Of a stretch of 40,305 nucleotides of DNA, positions 18,401 through 29,437 are shown piece after piece (the first letter of the stretch is position 1; each line of letters begins with the position of its first letter). The notes beneath the pieces were generated by a model that had not been told where the DNA came from, did not search any database, and saw only the letters and a program-made list of their open reading frames with translations. A program made the translations under genes and the position numbers. Location: the NCBI GenBank assembly GCA_964441745.1, contig CAYTYR010000007.1, positions 62,001-102,305 on the forward strand, read 5' to 3'. Origin of the DNA: an uncultured Clostridia bacterium (lineage in GTDB: Bacteria > CAYTYR01 > UBA6262).

Positions 18401-18993
18401 TGGTGGCGATCGATGAATACGAACAGCTCCAGGAACGGTATAATTTTCTCCTCAAGCAACAAGAAGATATGGTCCAGGCCCAAGAAGACATCCATAAGGT
18501 GATCAACAAGATCAATCAGACTTCGCGGGAATATTTTGAGACCACTTTTAAACAAGTCCAGCAGAATTTTTCTTCCTTATTCAAGCAATTGTTTGAAGGA
18601 GGAGAAGCAGAATTAGTCCTGACCAATCCGGAAGACCTTTTGGAAACAGGGGTCGATATCAATGTCCAGCCGCCGGGGAAAAAGCTGACCAATATAACCT
18701 TGCTTTCAGGCGGAGAGAAAGCCTTGACTGCTATTGCCATATTATTTGCCATCTTCATGGTTAAACCCAGCCCATATTGCGTACTGGATGAAATAGATGC
18801 TCCTTTGGATGATTCTAATTTGAACCGTTTTATCCGTATGCTTAAGGAATTCTCCCAAAAAACCCAGTTTATTATCATTACTCATAACAAAAAGAGTATG
18901 GAAATGGCTGATGTGCTATACGGCGTGACGATGGAAGAATTCGGAATTTCCAAGCTGGTATCAGTTAAGTTTAGAAGCGCAGTGCCGGTATAG
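15454..18993 (+). CDS. smc: Chromosome segregation protein SMC
   Basis: GFKSF, Walker A GPNGCGKTN, coiled coils and hinge, LSGGEK, LDEIDAPLD, ITH. Confidence 0.97.
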   Translation: MYFKKMELFGFKSFAEKTELVLEPGVTAVVGPNGCGKTNISDAIRWVLGEQSAKQLRGGKMEDVIFNGSRTRQPMGLAEVSLTMDNSQNVLPVDYSEITVTRRLFRSGESEYLLNRVPCRHKDIIELFMDTGVGTEAYSSLENKQIEMILNSKPEDRRFLFEEAAGVMKYKVRKNEALHKMEQTAQNLLRLGDVISEVKSRISSLDYQARKARQFQKYQEELKTLELNSLYHSWQILKQEAVGLETQELQFTQGAEKINTEIAACDSKVAEIKLALTSLDEQIVTAQQKAFGIDSQIARLEDKIYGSQERRKELGQRLVELSQEKWELEEKCTNLGNEQKKIGQEKEDLAIKLQEMERSFQEQDALYNSNRQSLNEQIKGLDDEKAGYIDLLNKVAQIRNTLTSINSEQKNAQGLKDKLNLQIVTINSQVNDLNQSTKELTAKCQEYTNSYCQLVEENKTLEATKQTQQESLAVLDQKYEETRNEFNLRNSLLASLIELKESFAGYEDGVKQILAQRPAGVLGSIPEIIQITNEEYAPLIEMALAEKLQYVLCENSQVAAEVIASARSGESTRITAVDLANFESAYGRSGAQPVPGQEGVVDRASNLVKVADRYTPLIENLLGNTYIVQDLETARNLMRKYNSIKVITTKGELFTHPSIISVGGKNSSGLLEREIRIKHLQEEKSQLETAVQGLSGEKGILAGNLAGTESRLKTLAGEIQDKLLALGALQKDNEQANQRLKELQQELVLLQTEESDLAKRLIEHNQLMEKVNHEYQLSEEEEKQAKIRLVDREQGLSTLNQQTAKLQSDLTTLKVDLAASKEKSDNLLVLIGRFSENEKDLKIEIEKTKAEHAAIEKQISELDQTKTEVEENITKMLLDKKEADQVLENIRLQKQDMIIGLRAQEAKIDTWKQETEILQHKQHEQEIKRVHLDTQREQISKALTEKYNIDVENIIIPEDLPAPDEEEIIKTRKKIDSLGPVNLVAIDEYEQLQERYNFLLKQQEDMVQAQEDIHKVINKINQTSREYFETTFKQVQQNFSSLFKQLFEGGEAELVLTNPEDLLETGVDINVQPPGKKLTNITLLSGGEKALTAIAILFAIFMVKPSPYCVLDEIDAPLDDSNLNRFIRMLKEFSQKTQFIIITHNKKSMEMADVLYGVTMEEFGISKLVSVKFRSAVPV

Positions 18994-19006
18994 GTAAAAG
19001 ATTACC

Positions 19007-19750
19007 ATGAAAAATGAAACAGTGGATATTCTTGGTTTCAGGATTAACAATGTCAAGATGTCTGAAACCATTGAAAAAATTAAGGAATTTATTCACAGCG
19101 GGATACCGCATCAGGTTATAACTGCTAATTCTTTAATGTTAAACGCAGCTATTAACAACCGGCAGTTAAAAAACGTTTTTGCCGGATCTGCCCTGGTAGT
19201 TCCTGACAGTATCGGTATGCTTGTAGCCGGCAAAATACTGGGACAGCCTCTAATAGAAAGAGTTACCGGCATCGATTTAATGTATCATCTTTTTGCTCTT
19301 TGCCAAAAAGAGGGATTATCCATCTATTTACTGGGAGCCAAACCTGGTGTGGCGGCTCAAGCCGCGGAGCGGATCCGGGGCCAGTTTTCAGGATTGAAAA
19401 TATCTGGCGCTCATCATGGCTATTTTGATGCCCAGGAAGAAGGAAAGGTAATAGCGGAAATTAAAAACCTGAAGCCGGATCTGCTTTTTGTTGGTTTGAA
19501 CATCCCGCACCAGGAAATGTGGATAGCCGAGCGCCTGGCTGACCTGGGAGTGCCTGTGGCCATGGGAATTGGCGGCAGCTTTGATGTGATCAGCGGGCAT
19601 ATAAAAAGAGCGCCAGCAGTCATGCAGCAGGCCGGTCTGGAATGGCTTTGGCGGACGATAGTAGAGCCTTGGCGGATAAAGCGTATAGTACTTCTACCGG
19701 TATTCCTTGGTAAGGTATACCGGCAAAAATGGCAGGATAAGATAAAATGA
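19007..19750 (+). CDS. WecB/TagA/CpsF-family glycosyltransferase
   Basis: VPDSIG, ERVTGIDL, HHGYF, P.QE.W, GIGGSFD, RAP..MQ..GLEWLWR...EPWR. Confidence 0.92.
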   Translation: MKNETVDILGFRINNVKMSETIEKIKEFIHSGIPHQVITANSLMLNAAINNRQLKNVFAGSALVVPDSIGMLVAGKILGQPLIERVTGIDLMYHLFALCQKEGLSIYLLGAKPGVAAQAAERIRGQFSGLKISGAHHGYFDAQEEGKVIAEIKNLKPDLLFVGLNIPHQEMWIAERLADLGVPVAMGIGGSFDVISGHIKRAPAVMQQAGLEWLWRTIVEPWRIKRIVLLPVFLGKVYRQKWQDKIK

Positions 19751-20487
19751 AATTAGGAATAATAGCTGATATTCATAGTAACCTGCCAGCGCTTACTGCA
19801 GTACTAAAGGATCTGGCAGCGGAACAAGTTGAGGGGTATCTGGTATTGGGAGACCTGGTAGGTTACGGACCATATCCCAATGAATGCATTGAAATATTGC
19901 AAAAACTGCCAAAGGCTGTTATAATCGCAGGAAATCATGATTGGGCGGCGATAGAGCTGGAAGATATTTCGTTATTTAATGAAGAAGCCAGACAGGCGAT
20001 TCTCTGGACCAGAAAGGTTCTGAATCCGGGAGTTGTTGAATATCTTGGTTCACTGGAATATATCATCAATAAAGATCAATATATGCTGGTGCATGGAAGC
20101 CCCCGGGATCCCTTGGATGAATATTTGGTAAATATTGAAAGATTTGAAAAGAATATCCCTGCGCTAAAAGCTGATATTTGTTTTATTGGGCATAGCCATC
20201 TGCCCTTATATTTCAGCAAGCAGAAAGAAGGCGGGGCTCTGGAAATGCGTCCGATCAAAGAGCAGGACATCTTAACTTTGCCGCCAGGCACGATTCATAT
20301 TATTAATCCCGGCGCTGTAGGTCAGCCGCGCGACCATGATGCCAGGGCTAGTTGTGGCATCTTTGATACGCAAGCTATGACCTTTATCCAAAAACGTATA
20401 GCGTATGATGTGGCTGCAGTACAAGCTAAAATGGCTGAGCAATCATTGCCAAAATTTTTAATTGACCGGCTAAGTGAAGGGGTATAG
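19747..20487 (+). CDS. Calcineurin-like metallophosphoesterase
   Basis: DIHSN, GDLVGYG, GNHD, HGSP, GHSH, NPGAVGQPRD. Confidence 0.92.
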   Translation: MKLGIIADIHSNLPALTAVLKDLAAEQVEGYLVLGDLVGYGPYPNECIEILQKLPKAVIIAGNHDWAAIELEDISLFNEEARQAILWTRKVLNPGVVEYLGSLEYIINKDQYMLVHGSPRDPLDEYLVNIERFEKNIPALKADICFIGHSHLPLYFSKQKEGGALEMRPIKEQDILTLPPGTIHIINPGAVGQPRDHDARASCGIFDTQAMTFIQKRIAYDVAAVQAKMAEQSLPKFLIDRLSEGV

Positions 20488-20520
20488 GATTAAAAACGTT
20501 GAGGAGAAAGGACAAAAAAG

Positions 20521-21492
20521 ATGGAAAAGATCAAGCCAGGCTTTATACTGGATAATAAATATGAGATCAAAAGAGTCATAGCCAAAGGCGCAATGGGTGC
20601 GGTCTTTAAAGCGGAAACAGTTGATACTAAAGAAGTATTTGCCCTTAAAGTCCCGTTGCCTGGATTTGATCAGGGATTATCCAGTATGCAGCGCTTTAAG
20701 CAGGCTGAAAAGATCCAATTCTTCCTGGACCACCCAAACATTGTCAAAGCCTACAAGCCGGAACACACCAAAAGCCTTCCTTACGTGATTATGGAATACG
20801 TTGACGGCCCATCTCTGGAATATTTGATCAACCATAATAGGCGCCTAACCATAGAAGATGCTGTCAATTATTCTGTCCAAATGTGTAATGCCCTGAACTA
20901 TCTCCGGCAGAAAAATGTGGTGCATCATGATATTAAACCATCCAATATTTGCATCGATGCGCAAAAAAATTTAAAGCTAACCGATTTCGGCATATCTTTC
21001 TGCCAAGGTATGGAAGCAGAAATTTGGGCCAGCCTGGTGAGCATCGGCGGGACACTAGCCTATATGGCGCCGGAAAAGATCAGGGATCATGCCCTGAATG
21101 ATTATCGCAGTGATATTTATTCGCTGGGAGTGCTGATGTACCATATGTTTACCGGGAAATTGCCTTTTAACGGTACTACCGAGGAAGTGATCGGTGCGCA
21201 GATCACCCAGAATTTTGTTAGTCCAAGTGTGCTTAATCCTTCCATCCCTCCTGCTATTGAACGGATTATCTTGAAAGCCATGGCTCCTACTCCCAATGAG
21301 CGTTACCAGGAGGTGATGCAAATTAAAAATGAGCTGGAAGAAGCTGTCTCCATGTCTGCCCGGAAGGCCAAATCCACTAAAATGTCCATAATTCCGGAAG
21401 CAGGGATACCTATGTGGATTTTATATTTACTTTTAATTATTATTATCCTGGCTGTTATTGGCAGGATAATGTATGTAAATTTATACAAGTAA
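20521..21492 (+). CDS. Hanks-type Ser/Thr protein kinase with C-terminal membrane anchor
   Basis: KGAMGAV, ALK, HHDIKPSN, DFG, YMAPE, DIYSLG; terminal hydrophobic helix. Confidence 0.92.
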   Translation: MEKIKPGFILDNKYEIKRVIAKGAMGAVFKAETVDTKEVFALKVPLPGFDQGLSSMQRFKQAEKIQFFLDHPNIVKAYKPEHTKSLPYVIMEYVDGPSLEYLINHNRRLTIEDAVNYSVQMCNALNYLRQKNVVHHDIKPSNICIDAQKNLKLTDFGISFCQGMEAEIWASLVSIGGTLAYMAPEKIRDHALNDYRSDIYSLGVLMYHMFTGKLPFNGTTEEVIGAQITQNFVSPSVLNPSIPPAIERIILKAMAPTPNERYQEVMQIKNELEEAVSMSARKAKSTKMSIIPEAGIPMWILYLLLIIIILAVIGRIMYVNLYK

Positions 21493-21503
21493 GCAATAAA
21501 GTA

Positions 21504-21532
21504 TTGACTTTTTCGGTAAAGTATGCTATACT
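21504..21532 (+). promoter_or_regulatory. Sigma70-type promoter of the rib operon
   Basis: TTGACT-17 bp-TATACT with TGn extended -10, just upstream of the riboswitch. Confidence 0.85.
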
Positions 21533-21537
21533 TTAAA

Positions 21538-21705
21538 CAATTCAGGGTAAGGTGAAATTCCTTAACCGGTGGTAAAGCCCGCCAATAAGCGTCGGCGGGC
21601 AAGCCCACGCGTCCTTCGACATAGCTGAGGACAGACCTTGTGAGATTCAAGGGCCGACGGTACGGAGGTTAAATAAAATCTCTGATAGTCCGGATGAAAG
21701 AAGAA
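21538..21705 (+). ncRNA. FMN riboswitch (RFN element) aptamer
   Basis: TTCAGGGTAAGGTGAAATTCCT.ACCGGTGGTA...AGCCCACG...GA.CTTGTGAGATTCAAGGGCCGACGGT...TAGTCCGGATGAAAGAAGA matches the RFN consensus order; lies upstream of ribD. Confidence 0.95.
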
Positions 21706-21720
21706 ATATGGTTTTATCAT

Positions 21721-21755
21721 ATACCCTGAGGATATTACTCGGGGTATTTTTATTT
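21721..21755 (+). terminator. Riboswitch intrinsic terminator
   Basis: ATACCCTGAG-gatatta-CTCGGGGTAT followed by TTTTATTT; left arm TACCCTGA is complementary to aptamer TCAGGGTA (antiterminator). Confidence 0.88.
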
Positions 21756-21790
21756 AAGGACTCCGCCTGAGGCGGACAGGGATTACACAG

Positions 21791-22915
21791 ATGAAAAAAG
21801 AGATGATCCCCCCTAGTTCTGCTGCGCATAACTCGCAGGGGGGACAGGCAAAACATGAAAAGTATATGAATTTGGCTTTAAAACTGGCAGAAAAGGGAAG
21901 AGGCCAGGTTTTCCCGAATCCGCTGGTCGGTGCAGTACTGGTAAAAACCGGGAAGATAATTGGCCAGGGATATCACCGCTATTTTGGCGGAGCGCATGCC
22001 GAAGTGGAAGCTATCAATAACTCAATACAACCGGTTTCCGGCTCTGATCTTTATGTCACCCTTGAACCGTGCGATCATTATGGTAAAACGCCTCCTTGCA
22101 CCAATGCTATTATCCAAGCAGGAATTAAAAATGTGTATATAGCTATGTTGGACCCTAATCCCCTGGTAGCAGGTAAAGGAGTTAAAAAGCTGCGACAGTA
22201 TCATCTACCGGTATTTGACGGTATTGCCGCGGAAAAATCAGCCTTATTGAACCGGGACTATATTCATTATATTAAACACAAAAGGCCTTATGTAATTATA
22301 AAGTGGGCTATGAGCCTCGATGGCAAGATCGCTACCAGGACTGGCGGCTCTAAATGGATCTCCAATGCACAAGCCAGAAAGTTTGCGCATTCATTGAGAG
22401 CCAGTGTCGGAGCCATTATTATTGGTATTAACACTGTTTTAAAAGATGATCCCAGCCTGACGGTCAGGTGTATCCCTGGAGCTAAAAATCCCGTTAGGAT
22501 CGTACTTGATCATCGTTTACGAATTCCCCTAAAAGCTAAAATATTAGACCACAAAGCCAAAAGCATTGTGGTCTGCGGTCAGCATGCTTCCATCACCCGC
22601 GCCCAGCAGTTAATGAGAAAAGGAATTGAAGTAATTAAAGTTAATAGAATAGCAGATTTGCTGGATAAATTAGCCGGCCGGGGGATTGCCAGGATATTAG
22701 TGGAAGGTGGCGGGGCAGTGCATGCTTCTTTTATTGAACAAGGACTGGCTGACCAGGCAGTCGTAGTTATAGCCCCGATAATCATCGGCGGAAAACAAGC
22801 TGTAACACCTGTCTCCGGCCTGGGAATTGCCAACGTCAAAAAGGCCCTGCATTTGAAAAACTTAAAAATACGTCAATTGGGAGATAATATCATTGTTGAG
22901 GGAAGTTGCCAGTAA
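21791..22915 (+). CDS. ribD: Bifunctional riboflavin deaminase/reductase
   Basis: PNPLVGAV, HAEVEA, LEPC.H.GKTPPC, SLDGKIA, VEGGG; start uncertain. Confidence 0.96.
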   Translation: MKKEMIPPSSAAHNSQGGQAKHEKYMNLALKLAEKGRGQVFPNPLVGAVLVKTGKIIGQGYHRYFGGAHAEVEAINNSIQPVSGSDLYVTLEPCDHYGKTPPCTNAIIQAGIKNVYIAMLDPNPLVAGKGVKKLRQYHLPVFDGIAAEKSALLNRDYIHYIKHKRPYVIIKWAMSLDGKIATRTGGSKWISNAQARKFAHSLRASVGAIIIGINTVLKDDPSLTVRCIPGAKNPVRIVLDHRLRIPLKAKILDHKAKSIVVCGQHASITRAQQLMRKGIEVIKVNRIADLLDKLAGRGIARILVEGGGAVHASFIEQGLADQAVVVIAPIIIGGKQAVTPVSGLGIANVKKALHLKNLKIRQLGDNIIVEGSCQ

Positions 22916-22944
22916 GAGCAAGAAGCAGTAGTAATAGGGTAAAG

Positions 22945-23046
22945 GTTGTAGAGGTAGGTATAGAAGTAGGTCTAAAGTTTGTGGTTCAGAGCCTAACACC
23001 CATAAACCTCAGACCAAACATACTTCAAAACCCTACACCGAATGAC
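22945..23046. repeat. Long imperfect hairpin, family B
   Basis: gttgtagaggtaggtatagaagtaggtc...aacctcagaccaaacatacttcaaaaccctac, collinear with 10685-10785. Confidence 0.8.
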
Positions 23047-23090
23047 TGTTCCTAGTATTGACTGGCGTACTCGAAAAAGAAGGAGCAAAC

Positions 23091-23720
23091 ATGTTTACCG
23101 GAATAATCCAGCAATTGGGAAAAGTAGCCAGCAAGACGCCGCGACTGCTGGGAGTACAATGCCAGCTTGAACAGGCTTTGATCGGTGAAAGTATTGCCGT
23201 CAATGGTACTTGCCTTAGTTTAAAAAGGTATGATCAAAATAGCAAGATTGCTTATTTTGATGTTATGGCTTCCACCTTGAAAACAACTAATTTAGGCAAA
23301 TTAAAAGCTCAAGCCATAGTGAATATTGAAAGGGCTTTGAAAGTTGGTGACGCTGTCGGTGGGCATTTTATCAGCGGACATGTTGATGAAACCGGTTCTA
23401 TCAGCGGCAGACATAAGTCACCTGGGGCGGTAATTATAGAGATCAAAGTCAATAAAAATAATCTGCGCTATATCAATCCTAAAGGCTCTATAGCCATAGA
23501 TGGTATCAGTTTAACCATTTTGGCAAAATTACCCCAGGGATTTTCTGTTTCCCTGATTCCTCTGACGTTAAAGGGGAGTACCTTAGGCTTTAAAAAGCCA
23601 GGTGATAAGGTGAATATTGAATATGACCAGGTCGTCAAAAGCACGATCAATGTCCTGGAAGAGAAATTCCAGAATCAGAGCTATATTACCATAAAATATT
23701 TGAAAAATAAGGGGTTCTAA
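23091..23720 (+). CDS. ribE: Riboflavin synthase
   Basis: [40 protein letters not shown] 23091 after AGGAG. Confidence 0.96.
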   Translation: MFTGIIQQLGKVASKTPRLLGVQCQLEQALIGESIAVNGTCLSLKRYDQNSKIAYFDVMASTLKTTNLGKLKAQAIVNIERALKVGDAVGGHFISGHVDETGSISGRHKSPGAVIIEIKVNKNNLRYINPKGSIAIDGISLTILAKLPQGFSVSLIPLTLKGSTLGFKKPGDKVNIEYDQVVKSTINVLEEKFQNQSYITIKYLKNKGF

Positions 23721-24922
23721 TGAAATTCAACACCATAAAAGAAGCCATAACCGATATCAAAAAAGGGAAATTGGTAGTCGTGGTCGATGACGCTGACCGG
23801 GAGAACGAAGGTGACCTGATCATGGCTGCGGAGAAAGTCACACCCCAGGCGATTAATTTCATGGCTACGCATGGGCGCGGGCTGATCTGCCTGCCGGTAG
23901 TAGGCCAGAGATTGGATGAATTAAAGATCGAACCGATGGTCGCTGAACCTGGTGACAGCTTGAAAACTGCTTTTACTATTTCGATTGATGCCAAAAAGGG
24001 AGTAACTACCGGGATCTCCGCTCACGACCGCGCCAATACCGTCAAAGCCGTTTTAAACCGTCAAACAAAACCTGATGACCTAGTCAAGCCGGGGCATGTA
24101 TTTCCCCTGCGCTATAAAGAAGGAGGTGTCTTAGTGAGGGCAGGGCATACGGAAGCATCTGTAGACCTGGCCAGGCTGGCGGGATTGTTCCCTGCCGGCA
24201 TAATTTGCGAGATCATGCATGAGGACGGGACTATGGCCCGCGTTCCTGAATTGCTGAAATTCTGCCGCAAGCATCACCTAAAGATTATCACGATCGCGGA
24301 CCTGATCAAATACCGGAGAATGACGGAAAAACTTATTCACTGCGTGGTTTCCACAAATTTACCTACTAAATATGGGGATTTTAAAGCCTTTGTTTATGAG
24401 ACTTTACCGGACCATAAGTATCATATAGCCCTGGTCGCCGGGAATGTAAATAACCAGAAAAACGTGCTGGTACGGGTACATTCTTCCTGCTTGACCGGGG
24501 ATGTATTTCATTCTCGCCGCTGTGACTGCGGTGACCAGCTTCACCGGGCCATGGAAATGATTGCCAAGCATGGCCAGGGTGTGCTATTATATATGAGTCA
24601 GGAAGGGAGGGGCATAGGATTAATTAATAAATTACGTGCCTACGAGCTGCAGGAACAGGGTTTGGATACTGTTCAGGCCAATGTAGCTCTGGGTTTTAAA
24701 CCTGACTTACGCGATTATGGCATTGGCGCTCAGATCTTAGCTGATCTAGGCTTAAATTCTATCGCGCTGCTGACCAATAATCCGCGTAAAATCGTTGGCC
24801 TGGAAGGTTATGGATTAAAAGTTACAAAACGGGTGCCATTGGAAATTACACCCGGCAAATGCAATATCAAATATCTGAAAACTAAACGCCAGAAAATGGG
24901 ACATCTTCTAGAGCTAGTATAA
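23720..24922 (+). CDS. ribBA: DHBP synthase / GTP cyclohydrolase II
   Basis: [43 protein letters not shown]. Confidence 0.97.
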   Translation: MKFNTIKEAITDIKKGKLVVVVDDADRENEGDLIMAAEKVTPQAINFMATHGRGLICLPVVGQRLDELKIEPMVAEPGDSLKTAFTISIDAKKGVTTGISAHDRANTVKAVLNRQTKPDDLVKPGHVFPLRYKEGGVLVRAGHTEASVDLARLAGLFPAGIICEIMHEDGTMARVPELLKFCRKHHLKIITIADLIKYRRMTEKLIHCVVSTNLPTKYGDFKAFVYETLPDHKYHIALVAGNVNNQKNVLVRVHSSCLTGDVFHSRRCDCGDQLHRAMEMIAKHGQGVLLYMSQEGRGIGLINKLRAYELQEQGLDTVQANVALGFKPDLRDYGIGAQILADLGLNSIALLTNNPRKIVGLEGYGLKVTKRVPLEITPGKCNIKYLKTKRQKMGHLLELV

Positions 24923-24924
24923 TA

Positions 24925-25013
24925 AAGTTTCAAGTTTCAGGTTTCAAGTTTTGATTTATAAATATGTATAAAATAATTCTAAACTCGCAACTCGCAACCA
25001 GGAACTCGTAACT
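24925..25013. repeat. Heptamer tandem-repeat hairpin (AAGTTTC / AACTCGC)
   Basis: aagtttc-aagtttc-aggtttc-aagtttt, AT-rich loop, aactcgc-aactcgc-aaccagg-aactcgt-aact. Confidence 0.8.
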
Positions 25014-25031
25014 ATTTTACAGGAGGAGAAT

Positions 25032-25499
25032 ATGGGTAAGACTTATAATGGTAAATTAATAGCCAAAGGATTAAAATTCGGGATCATAGTTTCAAGATTC
25101 AATGAATTTATCAGCCAGAAACTGTTAGCCGGAGCGCTGGATACTTTAACCAGGCATGATGCTGATGAAGAAAAAATAGATGTGGCCTGGGTACCGGGAG
25201 CTTTCGAGATACCTTATGCCGCGGTTAAAATGGCTGAAAGCGGAAAATATGACGCTGTGATCTGCCTGGGAGCGGTGATCCGCGGAGATACGCCGCATTT
25301 CGATTATATTGCGGCCGAAGTAACTAAGGGCATAGCCCAGACCGGAATGAAATCAGGGGTACCGACGATCTATGGCGTGATCACTACCGATACCCTGGAA
25401 CAAGCTATTGAGCGGGCTGGTACCAAAGCCGGTAACAAAGGCGCCGACGCGGCTAATTCAGCTATAGAAATGGCCAATCTCTTTAAACAACTTAAGTAA
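25032..25499 (+). CDS. ribH: 6,7-dimethyl-8-ribityllumazine synthase
   Basis: [36 protein letters not shown]. Confidence 0.97.
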   Translation: MGKTYNGKLIAKGLKFGIIVSRFNEFISQKLLAGALDTLTRHDADEEKIDVAWVPGAFEIPYAAVKMAESGKYDAVICLGAVIRGDTPHFDYIAAEVTKGIAQTGMKSGVPTIYGVITTDTLEQAIERAGTKAGNKGADAANSAIEMANLFKQLK

Positions 25500-25522
25500 A
25501 AATCGTAATTACTGGAGTAAAA

Positions 25523-27947
<2,425 letters not shown>

Positions 27948-27973
27948 GGTATATAGGCTCGCTGGCTTCGTGT

Positions 27974-28195
27974 ATCAGGAAACTGTCACTATTTGTTCGC
28001 TCCAGTGTCGATTTCCATATCCGCTCTTGGCGGATCCTGCGCCAAAGGTCTTTTGACAACTCGGTGCCTCACAACTCGCCCTAAAGGGCTCAAACATGTC
28101 TCGGCATCCAGCAACCAAAAGATACCCTCGTTGTCTGCAAGCGTGCTTTGGCTGAAACCGACAAGCTCGCTCAAAATAATGACGAGTTCCCTGAT
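27974..28195. mobile_element. MITE-like element, copy 1 (222 bp)
   Basis: Own imperfect terminal inverted repeats: atcaggaaactgtcactattt ... aaataatgacgagttccctgat. An inverted second copy lies at 29438-29610. No transposase in the window. Confidence 0.7.
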
Positions 28196-28227
28196 CTATA
28201 CATTGGATAATAGGCGAGCGCGGCCGA

Positions 28228-28252
28228 GGAGAAAAACGGGATAGCTTTTTGG
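28228..28252 (+). repeat. 25-bp direct repeat, left of ankyrin gene
   Basis: ggagaaaaacgggatagctttttgg; 24/25 identical to 29373-29397. Confidence 0.9.
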
Positions 28253-28323
28253 GAAATAGGGAAAATTTAAGTTCCAAGGGCTGACTTATAGCTTTTGTTG
28301 AACTAGGAGAACAAAATAAACAT

Positions 28324-29358
28324 ATGTGGATAGTATTAAAAGGTACAAATATTTGTAGAGTAACAGTATTAATAAGTATTGTATTTATATTTACTATATC
28401 TCTTTTATTGTTAAAATTACAAGCCGGAGAAATTGAAGAAGTTACAAAATCATTATTGCAACGAAATAAAGCGAGGACTAAGGAAAATATTACCCTAGAT
28501 ATTAGCAAGCTGGAAAAAGCACTCTCTAAAAAGTATAGTGATGAACAAAATAAGGACGTCCAATATTATGAAGACAATTTTGGTAGGTTCTTAGCTGTGT
28601 TAGAATCATATGAAAACGAGCAGGCAGTCAGATTAGGACTGGATTGGGAATTCTATAACCGCAATATAGCTTGGGCGTTTGAAGCAAGTCCTGCTGAATA
28701 TATGTCTGAAGAATTAGGTTATATATTAATCAAGAATCCTTCTATTATAAAAAAGATACTTGAAGATAATAATCAATTAGGTCATGAAGACTTAATTAAC
28801 GATTATGATTTAGGGCTCGCTTCGTTAGAATATTATGATAAAGAACAATTTGAAAATGTTGACCTGCAAGGTTTAAAAAGAGAGTTAAAGGGATGGCATA
28901 TCGAACCAGATGATTGTAAAGCACTTGAAGAAACTTTGTTCGCCTGGATTAAGACACAAAATAAATATTTATCATCAGAGTTATTGTCTGGGGCATTTAA
29001 TGGAAATAATAATAGAGTCGAGTTATTGATTAAAAAAGGTGTTAATGTAGATGATAAAGATATTAATGGTAGCACTGCTTTAATGGGTGCGGCAATAAAT
29101 GGATATATAGATACTGTAAAGCTACTTATAGATGAAAAGGCAAGTATAGATGTAAAAGACAATGAAGGTAATACTGCTTTGATATACGCAACAATATATG
29201 GTCATAGGGATATAGTGAAATTACTAGTTGAAAAGAAAGTTGATATACACTCAAAATCTAATGAGGGGTATACTGCCTTAAATTACGCAGAAAAGAAGGG
29301 ATTTGAAGAAATAGCTGCCATATTAAGGGAAAATAACAACTCCTCACCTCTAAAATAA
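28324..29358 (+). CDS. Exported or membrane-anchored ankyrin-repeat protein
   Basis: N-terminal hydrophobic segment, unrecognised acidic middle region, about 4 ankyrin repeats (G.TALM.AA..G..D.VKLL); visibly more AT-rich than its neighbours; AGGAG RBS. Confidence 0.85.
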   Translation: MWIVLKGTNICRVTVLISIVFIFTISLLLLKLQAGEIEEVTKSLLQRNKARTKENITLDISKLEKALSKKYSDEQNKDVQYYEDNFGRFLAVLESYENEQAVRLGLDWEFYNRNIAWAFEASPAEYMSEELGYILIKNPSIIKKILEDNNQLGHEDLINDYDLGLASLEYYDKEQFENVDLQGLKRELKGWHIEPDDCKALEETLFAWIKTQNKYLSSELLSGAFNGNNNRVELLIKKGVNVDDKDINGSTALMGAAINGYIDTVKLLIDEKASIDVKDNEGNTALIYATIYGHRDIVKLLVEKKVDIHSKSNEGYTALNYAEKKGFEEIAAILRENNNSSPLK

Positions 29359-29372
29359 GTAAGTAGTGTCGG

Positions 29373-29397
29373 GGAGAAAAATGGGATAGCTTTTTGG
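29373..29397 (+). repeat. 25-bp direct repeat, right of ankyrin gene
   Basis: ggagaaaaatgggatagctttttgg, 14 bp after the stop codon. Confidence 0.9.
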
Positions 29398-29437
29398 TAG
29401 TCTACTATAATGTGACGGTTCACTTTTAAATAGCCAA

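Noticed and set aside
15454-18993. SMC-like defence protein (Wadjet/Lamassu) or an intein
   Set aside because: Canonical length, motifs and rnc-linked context of housekeeping Smc; no partner genes and no intein motifs
27975-28508. ORFs across the left MITE (177 aa minus strand, 83 aa plus, 61 aa minus) as a transposase
   Set aside because: No DDE, HUH or recombinase motifs; they are chance frames over repeat DNA and antisense to the ankyrin gene
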